Shown here: positions 6,872-17,632 of the stretch, piece after piece | Layout: each line of letters opens with the position of its first letter | Numbering within the stretch: the first letter of the stretch is position 1 | Translations under genes and position numbers: made by a program | The notes under the pieces: generated by a model | The model's input: the letters and a program-made list of their open reading frames with translations, nothing else | What the model was told of the DNA's origin: nothing | Database searches by the model: none | Assembly (NCBI RefSeq): GCF_002803295.2 | Contig: NZ_PGGB02000001.1 | Location: 128,788-158,808 of the forward strand | Direction: 5' to 3' | DNA length: 30,021 nucleotides | From: Caedibacter taeniospiralis | GTDB lineage: Bacteria; Pseudomonadota; Gammaproteobacteria; Francisellales; Francisellaceae

Positions 6872-8752
6872 TTATGATTCAAGCTGAGAAAGTACCTCCC
6901 ATAGCTTATATTTTTGTTCAAGCTGAAGTTTTAGGCTTTCAAGGGTTTGCTGCATTTTTTGCATCGACTCTTTAGCCTGTTGGTAAAATGTAGGCTCCGC
7001 CATTTGCTGTTGCAATTGCTCAATGTCAACTTCCAGGCGTTCAATTTCATTAGGGAGTTCGACCAATTGCTTTTTTTCGGCAAAGCTAAGTTTCTGTTTT
7101 TTCGTTTTTGCTTTCTCGCTGGTGATTTTACTAGCTTTCTCGCTGGGCTGTTTCCCATAAGATACCTGCTTTTGGCGCAACCAGTCATCATAGCCACCAA
7201 CATATTCGCAAAGCTTAGCATCCTCTTCAAAAACTATTGTGCTCGTGGCGACATTGTTAATAAAACTTCGATCATGACTGACAATCAACACAGTGCCTTG
7301 ATAATCTAAGATAAGCTCTTCCAAGACTTCTAAGGTTTCGACATCCAGATCATTGGTTGGCTCATCAAGAATCAATAGATTGCTGGGCTTGGCAAAAAGC
7401 TTAGCCAATAACAATCGATTACGTTCACCACCCGAGAGCGATGAAGCAGGGCTTTGCATGCGTTTTGGATCGAATAAAAAGTTCTGTAAGTAACCAATAA
7501 CATGGACCTTTTGACCGTTGATATCCAAATAATCAGAACCTTCAGTGACATTTTCAACCAGTGAAGCTTCTGGATTAATTTGATCTCTTAGCTGATCAAA
7601 ATACGCAATGTGCAAATTCTCACCATGCTCAATCGAACCCTCTTTTGGTTGAAGCTGCTTTAACAATACCTGAAGCAAAGTACTTTTGCCTGAGCCGTTT
7701 TTACCCAAAATGGCAATCTTATCACCGCGCTGAATTTCACAGGAAAAGTGGGTAAAAACGGCGTGTTTATCGTAGTTAAAACTGATGTTTTTTGCTTTGA
7801 TCACCACCTTGCTTGATTTGCTGCCTTGGGAGACGTTTAGCAGGACAGTGCCTTGTTTCTCGCGGCGCTCTTTACGCTCTTCACGCAGGGCTTTTAATGC
7901 ACGTACCCGACCTTCATTTCGCGTACGTCTGGCTTTGATGCCCTGGCGAATCCAAGCCTCCTCCTGCTCAAGCTTTTTATCAAAGTGTGCATTTTGAGTT
8001 TCCTCTGCCTGCAAATAAGCTTCTTTTTGTTTAAGAAATTTCTCATAATTTCCAGGAAAACTGAGCACCTTCCCGCGATCTAGCTCCATAATGTCTGTGG
8101 CAATATTCTGCAAAAACGTGCGATCATGAGTAATAAATAAGATGCTTCCTCTAAATTGTGGTAAAAGGCGCTCTAAAAATTCAATCGATTCAATATCCAG
8201 GTGGTTAGTCGGCTCGTCAAGCAAGAGCAGATCAGGAGATTTCGCCAGTGCCTTAGCGAGTAACACACGGCGCTTAAGTCCCCCAGATAACTCGTCAAAT
8301 AAGGTGCTGCCATCCAGCGATAATTGAGATAACACCTTATCTACCTGTGCTTGAAGATCCCAGGCATGCAGATCGTCAATCTGCCTTTGCAATTGATCCA
8401 GCTTGTGTAGATTTTCCTCATTGGCAAGATCGCTTAAGAGCAGTTTTTGATAGTCGATTAACAAAAAGCCCGCGGTGTCAAATCCGGATAAGACAATCTC
8501 AAAAACAGAGCCTTTGGTATTTTGCGGCACTTCCTGCTCAAGCCAGGCGATTTTGGCGTTGTCATGCACAATACGCTCGCCATGATCAGGCAATATTTGA
8601 CCTTGAAGCACTTTAAAAAGGGAAGATTTCCCAGCACCATTGCGACCGATTAAGCAAATACGTTTATTGGCCTCGATATCTAAAGAGACGTTATCAAGCA
8701 GCTTATGATGCCCAAAGGCAAGATCAGCATTACGTAAAGAAATGATAGGCAT
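6872..8752 (-). CDS. uup: ABC-F family ATPase Uup (two ABC domains plus C-terminal coiled-coil)
   Basis: 626-aa ORF with two Walker A motifs (GRNGAGKSS, GKNGSGKST) and two signature motifs (LSGGLKRR, LSGGERNR). The inter-domain linker QEEAWIRQGIKARRTRNEGRVRALKALREER is almost identical to E. coli Uup. The C-terminal tail is Lys/Glu-rich. Confidence 0.92.
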   Translation of the reverse strand: MPIISLRNADLAFGHHKLLDNVSLDIEANKRICLIGRNGAGKSSLFKVLQGQILPDHGERIVHDNAKIAWLEQEVPQNTKGSVFEIVLSGFDTAGFLLIDYQKLLLSDLANEENLHKLDQLQRQIDDLHAWDLQAQVDKVLSQLSLDGSTLFDELSGGLKRRVLLAKALAKSPDLLLLDEPTNHLDIESIEFLERLLPQFRGSILFITHDRTFLQNIATDIMELDRGKVLSFPGNYEKFLKQKEAYLQAEETQNAHFDKKLEQEEAWIRQGIKARRTRNEGRVRALKALREERKERREKQGTVLLNVSQGSKSSKVVIKAKNISFNYDKHAVFTHFSCEIQRGDKIAILGKNGSGKSTLLQVLLKQLQPKEGSIEHGENLHIAYFDQLRDQINPEASLVENVTEGSDYLDINGQKVHVIGYLQNFLFDPKRMQSPASSLSGGERNRLLLAKLFAKPSNLLILDEPTNDLDVETLEVLEELILDYQGTVLIVSHDRSFINNVATSTIVFEEDAKLCEYVGGYDDWLRQKQVSYGKQPSEKASKITSEKAKTKKQKLSFAEKKQLVELPNEIERLEVDIEQLQQQMAEPTFYQQAKESMQKMQQTLESLKLQLEQKYKLWEVLSQLES

Positions 8753-8773
8753 AATAGAGGGGTACTTAACAGG

Positions 8774-9364
8774 TTACATAATTTTGTTGAGCTCGGCTAA
8801 ATTGCGCGAGCCTAAGTCGTGTCCAATTTGTGCACCAAGGCGTTTCGCGATAAAGCTTGCTGAAATAATACCGCGTATCATGACTTGCCCTTGTTTGTCG
8901 TGCTCCTGCACCAGTAAATGATCAATGTATTTATCGTGCATCAAACGCGCAAGGTGCCCAACCAGAGTATCTTTTAGTACGACATAATCAATGACGGGAA
9001 GGTCATTAATTTTGGTCATTAGCATGCCTGAGGTAACCTCTTTAGGATGAACGCCTTCCTTTTGCGCAACTTGCGTGCGATGGATGCCTTGCAGTCTCTT
9101 CGCACTAATCAGTCCAGCCACTTCATCATCATTATTGACAACCAACAGCGACCTTACTTCAACCTTTTTCATGAGCTGTAAAGCATCATCTGCCAATGCT
9201 TTAAGGTGAACGATATAAGGTTTTGCTGTATGAAAGTCGGTGAAGACATGTAAGGCGGGCGTTTCTAGTGAAATTACATCGATAGTTTCAGGATGATAAT
9301 AGGGAATACTTGTTTGTGTGCGATGGGTAACGGTTTCAAGCAATTTATATTCTTTAAATGGCAT
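8774..9364 (-). CDS. CBS-domain pair protein
   Basis: 196-aa ORF with two CBS-like units (..LMKKVEVRSLLVVNNDDEVAGLISAKRL.. and ..LMHDKYIDHLLVQEHDKQGQVMIRGIISASFI..). Confidence 0.7.
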   Translation of the reverse strand: MPFKEYKLLETVTHRTQTSIPYYHPETIDVISLETPALHVFTDFHTAKPYIVHLKALADDALQLMKKVEVRSLLVVNNDDEVAGLISAKRLQGIHRTQVAQKEGVHPKEVTSGMLMTKINDLPVIDYVVLKDTLVGHLARLMHDKYIDHLLVQEHDKQGQVMIRGIISASFIAKRLGAQIGHDLGSRNLAELNKIM

Positions 9365-9455
9365 AAATCAGTCCTTGTTGAGTTTGCTGTTGCCAAGTCT
9401 AATCGTACTTGTGCCGCTTTGCAAACCGAATAAAGGGATGAGTTTAATAATCCTG

Positions 9456-9507
9456 GGGCGTATGCAATACATCCCTACGCAATCGGTCACTATGGGCGGG
9501 TAGCTGG
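9456..9507 (+). repeat. REP-like hairpin repeat, copy B
   Basis: The sequence is gggcgtatgcaatacatccctacgcaatcggtcactatgggcgggtagctgg. It has the same core as copies A and D, and the end tatgggcgggtagctggt resembles the right end of the prfC-leader MITE (ataggcgggaagatggt). Confidence 0.75.
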
Positions 9508-9517
9508 TGTCTACATA

Positions 9518-9997
9518 CTAACATTGCTTTCTAAGCAGCGCTTCCAATACCACAGGGTGCACATATTCAGAAACTCTCAATGGATCAATTTTAGCAACCT
9601 GACGGATCATCGTTGAAGAAAGGCAGGTATATTTTTCATCTGGGGTTAAAAATATGGTTTCAAAGTCTTTATTCAGATGGCGATTGATATTTGCCATCTG
9701 GAACTCATAATCAAAATCGGATACAGCACGCAGACCACGAATCACAGCCTGTGCTCCAACTTGTGTAATAAAATCGGCAATCAATCCATCTAAACGTACT
9801 ACGCTGACATTGTCCATATCCGCTAATACTTCACGCGTAATCTGCACGCGCTCATCTTCACTAAGCAGGGTTGATTTACCACTGGCTGTTGAAATGGCAA
9901 CGATCACTTCTGAAAACATCCGTCTGGCACGCTTAATCAAATCAATATGACCAAAACTAATGGGATCAAACGTCCCTGGATATACCACCTTGATCAC
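9518..9997 (-). CDS. coaD: Phosphopantetheine adenylyltransferase
   Basis: 159-aa ORF with N-terminal VYPGTFDPISFGHIDLI (nucleotidyltransferase T/HxGH motif). Length and overall pattern are typical of CoaD. Confidence 0.93.
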   Translation of the reverse strand: MIKVVYPGTFDPISFGHIDLIKRARRMFSEVIVAISTASGKSTLLSEDERVQITREVLADMDNVSVVRLDGLIADFITQVGAQAVIRGLRAVSDFDYEFQMANINRHLNKDFETIFLTPDEKYTCLSSTMIRQVAKIDPLRVSEYVHPVVLEALLRKQC

Positions 9998-10006
9998 TAT
10001 ATCTCC

Positions 10007-10558
10007 TTAAAACAGACCTAGTTCCAACTTTGCTTCTTCTGTCATCATGTCAGAATTCCATGGCGGATCAAACACCAACACCACATCTGCTTTATCAACA
10101 TTAGCAAACTGCTTTAACTTATCTTCAACGTCCTGGACAAGCACGGGACCCATGCCACAGCCTGGAGCTGTCAAGGTCATTTGCACGCCGATGTGATAAT
10201 TGCCATTCTCTAAACGTGTGGTTGAAATGTCGTAGATTAATCCTAAATCGACGATATTCACAGGAATTTCAGGATCATATACCGTGCGTAGCTGATCCCA
10301 TACAAGATCAAGATTAACCTCATCCCCTGCTTTTATCCCACTTTTATCACTGGGTAACAAGATGACTTCACGATTGATTGCATCAGCATCCTTGCCATCC
10401 AGATATACCAGGTTCCCCATAACATTTAAGGTAAAGCTTGCTCCCATGGCTTGAGTCACCAAGACCTCTTGACCAGGCATTAACGTCATTTTCTCGCCAT
10501 AAGGGACAGTGGTCACCTCAACCTCACGGCGCAAAATGGCAACATCAGATAGCTTCAT
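10007..10558 (-). CDS. sufT: SufT-like Fe-S assembly protein (N-terminal domain plus DUF59/MIP18 domain)
   Basis: 183-aa ORF with the DUF59 signature LRTVYDPEIPVNIVDLGLIYD and a conserved Cys in TAPGCGMG. Its start overlaps the stop of the upstream A-type carrier gene by 4 nt. Confidence 0.75.
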   Translation of the reverse strand: MKLSDVAILRREVEVTTVPYGEKMTLMPGQEVLVTQAMGASFTLNVMGNLVYLDGKDADAINREVILLPSDKSGIKAGDEVNLDLVWDQLRTVYDPEIPVNIVDLGLIYDISTTRLENGNYHIGVQMTLTAPGCGMGPVLVQDVEDKLKQFANVDKADVVLVFDPPWNSDMMTEEAKLELGLF

Positions 10559-10929
10559 TCTTCTAGCCCTTCTTTTTGCACCGTGAAGCTTTCACCGCAA
10601 CCGCAACGTGCGGACTCATTCGGGTTAGTATAAATAAGTTGAGACAGTCCAAGCTCTTTCCTGACATGGTCGATTTGTAATCCATTGACATACTGGAGAG
10701 CCTTAGGATCCACATAAAATAGCAAACCATTCTCATCGATTTTAATAAACCCTTGTGGAATTTCATGCACGGGTTCAACGACATAAGCCAGGCCTGAGCA
10801 TCCTGTTGTCTTAACACCGATTTTAATCGCAACCCCGCCTGTTTTTTGCAAATGATGTTTAAAGTGTGTGAGAGCCGCTTCGGTAAAAGTCACAGGCTGC
10901 TCTGACCATGGATCAAATTTTTCTATCAT
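10555..10929 (-). CDS. A-type Fe-S cluster carrier (SufA/IscA/HesB family)
   Basis: 124-aa ORF with the three conserved cysteines of the family: TTGCSGLAY and the C-terminal CGCGESF. Confidence 0.88.
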   Translation of the reverse strand: MIEKFDPWSEQPVTFTEAALTHFKHHLQKTGGVAIKIGVKTTGCSGLAYVVEPVHEIPQGFIKIDENGLLFYVDPKALQYVNGLQIDHVRKELGLSQLIYTNPNESARCGCGESFTVQKEGLEE

Positions 10930-11024
10930 TTCTATATCCCATTAACCAATAAAACAGCACCAATATAGTATCATTTAAGTCTGCTTTTTTCTAAACTTTC
11001 TTAATTCATCAGTACTGATTGGAG

Positions 11025-11381
11025 CTACCGAGAAAAATCCACTCCCATGACTTCAAGCACTGCCACATGGATAACCCGCAATTGCTTTGGTGTTAATTGA
11101 GCCAAAGGCCCATCAATTAGTCGTTTATTGTCAATTGCTCTGATTTGATCAATCAATAAATCTGAGTCTCTTTCTAGCCTATCTTGCTTCTGTAGTCTGA
11201 TACGTAACGGGTTTGCATCATCAATTAGATTGGTGGTTAAGGGGATAATTAAAGTTGAAGGGTGTTGGACATTCAGCAGTATCTGGCTTTGCAAAATAAG
11301 TACTGGTCTTGTTTTAGCTGCTTCTGTCCCTTCAGATGTAGATGGATTTAAATTTGCTAACCAGATTTCACCTGTTTTCAT
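11025..11381 (-). CDS. Type II toxin, MazF/PemK-family endoribonuclease
   Basis: I prefer the ATG at 11381 (MKTGEIWLANLNP..) because the track start at 11423 overlaps the antitoxin. The N-terminal GEIWLANLNPS...KTRPVLILQS pattern is characteristic of PemK/MazF. The product is 118 aa. The start lies 4 nt after the antitoxin stop. Confidence 0.8.
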   Translation of the reverse strand: MKTGEIWLANLNPSTSEGTEAAKTRPVLILQSQILLNVQHPSTLIIPLTTNLIDDANPLRIRLQKQDRLERDSDLLIDQIRAIDNKRLIDGPLAQLTPKQLRVIHVAVLEVMGVDFSR

Positions 11382-11385
11382 TGTA

Positions 11386-11622
11386 TCATTCAGGGTCACG
11401 TTCAATCTCACCAAACTCTGCATTAATTTTCATGCTTTCTCGTCTAACCTTCAGACTTGCTTTTTTTAGTTTTGCTTCATTGATTTGACGCTGCATCTCA
11501 ACATTCATATATTCTATCGCCTTACGGATATATTCCGTTTGCGATACGTGCAGAAAGTTTGCATTTGACTTAACTGCTTGTAAAAGATGTTCATTCAATC
11601 GAACAGATACAACTGATCTCAT
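11386..11622 (-). CDS. Type II antitoxin, ribbon-helix-helix (CopG/MetJ-like)
   Basis: I prefer the ATG at 11622, which is preceded by GGAGG with a 5-nt spacer; the track start at 11661 is a TTG. The N-terminus MRSVVSVRLNEHLLQAVKSNANFLHVSQTEYIRKAIEY follows a beta-strand/helix/helix pattern. The product is about 78 aa and lies immediately upstream of the toxin. Confidence 0.7.
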   Translation of the reverse strand: MRSVVSVRLNEHLLQAVKSNANFLHVSQTEYIRKAIEYMNVEMQRQINEAKLKKASLKVRRESMKINAEFGEIERDPE

Positions 11623-11713
11623 TATAACCTCCGCAAATGAAGTATATTTTGTAATACGCAACTGAAGTATATAGGTTTATTCAGGTCTGTCAATATACCC
11701 ATCACAAACCATT

Positions 11714-14131
<2,418 letters not shown>

Positions 14132-14276
14132 TCAGTCCCTCCACTTTTATTCAAAATAAATCGCCAGGGAGTATAACAAAATTTAGTGCCAAACACCTTA
14201 ACTTATTGCCAGGTTCCTCGATGAATCATATGTGTCGAAAGAGGTAGCCGTCATGTCCCGATATCATTTAAGAAGT

Positions 14277-14864
14277 TTATGACTGCAGCCTTAGAACATA
14301 CCTGGCAATTCGCTGCCCAAATAATTCAGCTGTTCTCTTATCACCAACAGGAGGGGTTACCTCAGGGGAGTCATTTTCCGATTGCGTCATCAACCCTAAA
14401 GAGCCACCCATGCGATTTAACGCCTCTAAATGTCCACTGCTATGCTCATGCTGTCCTGAGGTGTTGTCGATACCTAATGACAACCACAGCATTCCATGCT
14501 GACAGGCAAATGTACATAACTGCATTAAGACGTTAAATTTATCGCCACTTAATGCCCCTGAATTGGTAAACCCCGCAGCTAATTTATCTTTCCAGCCTTT
14601 TTTAAGCCAGACCTTTGAAGCATCATCCATAAATTTTTTAAATTGGTATGGCACAGATCCCATATAAGTTGGGGCACCAAAAACAAGCGCCTCATAATCA
14701 CTTAGTGCATCCACGTCCTGCAACTCATCCACACTGATTAAACTTGCATACACCTCCGATGATTGATCTATACCCAGTTTGATATGCTCAGCGATTTTTT
14801 TCGTATGTCCATAACCGCTGTAATAAACAATTGCCACATTCTTCATGCCTGAAATGAGACTCAT
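14277..14864 (-). CDS. Flavodoxin-fold NAD(P)H:quinone oxidoreductase, WrbA-like
   Basis: 195-aa ORF with the VAIVYYSGYGHTKKIAE FMN-binding N-terminus and ALVFGAPTYMGSV, resembling WrbA-family proteins. Confidence 0.7.
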   Translation of the reverse strand: MSLISGMKNVAIVYYSGYGHTKKIAEHIKLGIDQSSEVYASLISVDELQDVDALSDYEALVFGAPTYMGSVPYQFKKFMDDASKVWLKKGWKDKLAAGFTNSGALSGDKFNVLMQLCTFACQHGMLWLSLGIDNTSGQHEHSSGHLEALNRMGGSLGLMTQSENDSPEVTPPVGDKRTAELFGQRIARYVLRLQS

Positions 14865-15009
14865 TACTTAAGTAAAGTTTCGCCATTGTAGCATGGTGCA
14901 AGTCCGATTCAATCACATAAGTCTTAAGATGCCAGGAATACTAAATCTGTTTGCTTTTTCGTGTGGATGCGCCTTTGGCTTAGCCATCCTCTGCTTTGCA
15001 GGGTTTACG

Positions 15010-15885
15010 CTAGATTTTCTTGAAGTATTTGCGACTTAAATCCACACCAAACCATTTTTCCAGCTTCATTTTAAATCGTTGGCGTTTCTCTTTTTTTGTG
15101 AGTGTATGATTTGGATTGGCTTTAAACAACCCTTCTTCTTCTGCGAAAAACCCAGCAATAATCTCAGGATGTTCACCTGTGAATCTGGTTAGAATCTGAC
15201 TGTCAATGTCGCTGTATTTAGAATCAAAGCCTTCTGATTTTCCCCAGTGTTTATTAACCTGACTGATCTTTTTACTCATTGCCGCTTCAGGGCGAACCCA
15301 GCCATAATGATAGATATAACTATCAAGAAGTTTTGCCTTTGGATAACGCGCGATGCGATTAGATTTTTCAGGATCAAGTACAAGCCAGTAAAGTCCATCT
15401 GGCGCATAACTTCTGACACTGGCTTTGATAATTCTCGGAGCGTAGCGATACCACGTGGGGGATGACAGATAGGTATTGGTGTTGCCATAAAAATGATAAT
15501 AATGAAAAGCCAAAGCTTCAACTTCTTTATCATCTTGGTAACGATATAAGGCATCCTGTATGACAGACAGATCTTTTTCATGCACAATCTCATCACCCTC
15601 GAGATAGAACAGCCAATCTCCCGTGCAGGCGAACTGTGCAATCATTTTTTGCTGAGCGTAGGTATAACCCTTGACCTGCATGTGCTCATTCCACACGGTT
15701 TCAATGATCTTAATTTTTGGATTTTCTTTGACTAATTGGTGCAGGAGCGCGGGGCTGTTGTCATGCGACTTACCCAAGGCAATAATAAATTCATCACAAA
15801 TCGGTAAAATAGATTGAATCGATTGAATATAAGGAAAGCAAAGCTCTTCAGCGTTGCGTAAAAAAGTAAATCCTGATAACTTCAT
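15010..15885 (-). CDS. Putative glycosyltransferase (GT-A fold, GT2-like)
   Basis: The ORF track starts at a TTG (15897); the first ATG is at 15885 (MKLSGFTFLRNAEEL..). The N-terminal pattern F.RNAEE..L..SI.S.LP.CDEFI resembles GT2 enzymes. There is a DxD-like motif, YLEGDEIV. This is family-level recognition only. Confidence 0.5.
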   Translation of the reverse strand: MKLSGFTFLRNAEELCFPYIQSIQSILPICDEFIIALGKSHDNSPALLHQLVKENPKIKIIETVWNEHMQVKGYTYAQQKMIAQFACTGDWLFYLEGDEIVHEKDLSVIQDALYRYQDDKEVEALAFHYYHFYGNTNTYLSSPTWYRYAPRIIKASVRSYAPDGLYWLVLDPEKSNRIARYPKAKLLDSYIYHYGWVRPEAAMSKKISQVNKHWGKSEGFDSKYSDIDSQILTRFTGEHPEIIAGFFAEEEGLFKANPNHTLTKKEKRQRFKMKLEKWFGVDLSRKYFKKI

Positions 15886-15943
15886 AACACACGACAATTT
15901 CTAAGTTTGCTTTAGTCTATACGTAAATTAACAAGGAAATAAC

Positions 15944-16090
15944 GTGATTCTGCAAAAAATTATTCAATCTAAAAAAGATGAACTTAAAAATTTACCCATC
16001 ATTGATACGCCACTTATGGTGGCGTATTGGCGGGTACCGTGCTTATGCGCAGCAGATAAAGCTGCCTTTTTGCAACAGGCACTGCGGTGA
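15944..16090 (+). pseudogene. Possible 5' relic of indole-3-glycerol-phosphate synthase (trpC)
   Basis: A 48-codon GTG ORF below the track threshold, with AAGGA 6 nt upstream. ILQKIIQSKKDELKNL closely mimics the TrpC N-terminus (B. subtilis LEKIIKQKKEEVKTL as I recall it). It is followed by ..AAFLQQALR then a stop, and the next frame segment LFFLTKCAIVRDS weakly resembles LIAEVKKASPSKG. No TIM-barrel body follows; der starts at 16177. Confidence 0.35.
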
Positions 16091-16176
16091 AATGATGTGT
16101 ATCCCTGTTTGTTCTTTCTCACTAAATGCGCTATAGTGCGCGACAGTAAATTCAATACCGTTTAAGTCTTAAAATT

Positions 16177-17628
16177 ATGGTTCCTGTCATTGCAATTGTT
16201 GGTCGACCAAATGTGGGCAAGTCGACACTTTTTAATGCCTTAACGCACACGCGTGATGCGCTTGTATATGATATGCCAGGGGTTACACGTGATCGGCAAT
16301 ATGGTCAGGCGATTTTCGAGGAGCACCCCTATATTGTGATTGATACAGGAGGTCTGTCGGATAATGACACAGGTGTTGATGGCTCCATGGCAAGTCAATC
16401 GGTGCTTGCCATTGAAGAAGCTGATTTGGTGTATTTTATGGTTGACGCTAAAGCAGGACTCACCTCGGGAGATCAGTATATTGCTGAGTTACTTAGAACT
16501 CGTGGCAAACCCTCGGTGCTCGTTGTCAATAAAACAGATGGCTTACAGGAAGAAGTTGCTGCAGCAGAGTTTTATAGCCTGGGTTTTGATCAGCTGTTTG
16601 CCATTGCGGCAAGTCACAGGCGTGGAGTGAGTCACCTGTTATCACAGACGCTGCTGCCATTGTGTGAGCGGGCTTTAAACGACTCAGCTCATGCCGAAGG
16701 TGAAGCCAATAAACGTGGTATTCGCTTTGCCTTAATTGGTCGACCCAATGTTGGCAAATCCACCCTCACTAATCGTATGTTAGGTGAGGATCGTGTTGTG
16801 GTATATGATCTGCCAGGAACCACGATTGATAGCGTCTACATTCCCTTCTCGCGCAATGATGAAGATTATACCATCATTGATACAGCAGGCATCCGTCGCA
16901 AAGGCAAAGTCAGAGAAACACTTGAGAAGTTCTCTGTGGTTAAGACCTTGCAAGCGATTAAAGATGCGAATGTTGTGATTGTTCTTATCGATGCCAAAGA
17001 AGGTTTGACCGATCAGGACATGCACCTGATGGGGTTTGCCTTAAATGCAGGGCGTGCCATGGTGATTGCGGTGAACAAATGGGATGGCATGACTCAGAAC
17101 GATAAGGACAGGCTTAAAGAGGAAATCAACCGTCGTTTAATATTTTTAACAGATTATGTTGATATTCACTTTATTTCCGCCTTACACGGCACCAATGTGG
17201 GACATTTGTTTGCCTCACTTAAAAATGCCTACAAAAGTGCGACGAAAAAAATTGCAACTCCAGAGCTTACACAAGTCTTAAAGATGGCGACACAAGATCA
17301 TGTGCCACCAATGTCAGGTAAATCGCGCATTAAACTGAAATATGCACATATGGGAGGGCACAACCCGCCGATTATTGTGATTCATGGGAATCAGGTCAAC
17401 AATCTCCCAGGATCGTATAAGCGTTACCTGGAGAAGTTTTTCCGTGAGGCTTTCAAGCTTGTGGGAACGCCGATTAGCTTCGAGTTTAAGCAGTCAGAGA
17501 ACCGGTATGAGCCAATCAAGCAGAGAAAACTAACACCGCTGCAGCGCTATAAAGACAAGCAGACACAAAAAGAGAAAATGCAGCACAAGCGCTCAGGCAG
17601 CAGTAAGAATAATTCAATAAAAAAATAA
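16177..17628 (+). CDS. der: Ribosome-biogenesis GTPase Der (EngA), tandem G domains plus KH-like domain
   Basis: 483-aa ORF with two P-loops (GRPNVGKSTLFN, GRPNVGKSTLTN), two DTGG/DTAG and NKxD motifs, and a basic C-terminal tail as in E. coli Der. Confidence 0.95.
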   Translation: MVPVIAIVGRPNVGKSTLFNALTHTRDALVYDMPGVTRDRQYGQAIFEEHPYIVIDTGGLSDNDTGVDGSMASQSVLAIEEADLVYFMVDAKAGLTSGDQYIAELLRTRGKPSVLVVNKTDGLQEEVAAAEFYSLGFDQLFAIAASHRRGVSHLLSQTLLPLCERALNDSAHAEGEANKRGIRFALIGRPNVGKSTLTNRMLGEDRVVVYDLPGTTIDSVYIPFSRNDEDYTIIDTAGIRRKGKVRETLEKFSVVKTLQAIKDANVVIVLIDAKEGLTDQDMHLMGFALNAGRAMVIAVNKWDGMTQNDKDRLKEEINRRLIFLTDYVDIHFISALHGTNVGHLFASLKNAYKSATKKIATPELTQVLKMATQDHVPPMSGKSRIKLKYAHMGGHNPPIIVIHGNQVNNLPGSYKRYLEKFFREAFKLVGTPISFEFKQSENRYEPIKQRKLTPLQRYKDKQTQKEKMQHKRSGSSKNNSIKK

Positions 17629-17632
17629 AATC

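Noticed and set aside
75-8640. Many short track ORFs nested inside or antisense to yqhD, the ATPase, the transposase, the transporter and uup (for example 75-266, 2634-2861, 4487-4690, 4828-5022, 5085-5306, 6316-6645, 6931-7230, 6947-7309, 7372-7557, 7785-7997, 8142-8327, 8347-8616, 8458-8640)
   Set aside because: Each lies wholly within a longer ORF that has strong family motifs in another frame or strand. I recognise no motif in any of them. The same applies to the nested ORFs inside sufA, gyrB, wrbA, the GT, der, murA/B-like, gpsA, prfC, folD and the RND genes.
9318-9503. 61-aa track ORF between the CBS-domain gene and coaD
   Set aside because: It is a read-through of REP copy B (..GRMQYIPTQSVTMGG). 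It has no RBS and no coding-like composition, so it is a repeat-derived artefact.
15964-16155. 63-aa minus-strand ORF upstream of der
   Set aside because: It lies antisense to the trpC-like relic. It is Cys/Lys/Ser-rich with no recognisable domain or RBS, so it is most likely non-coding.
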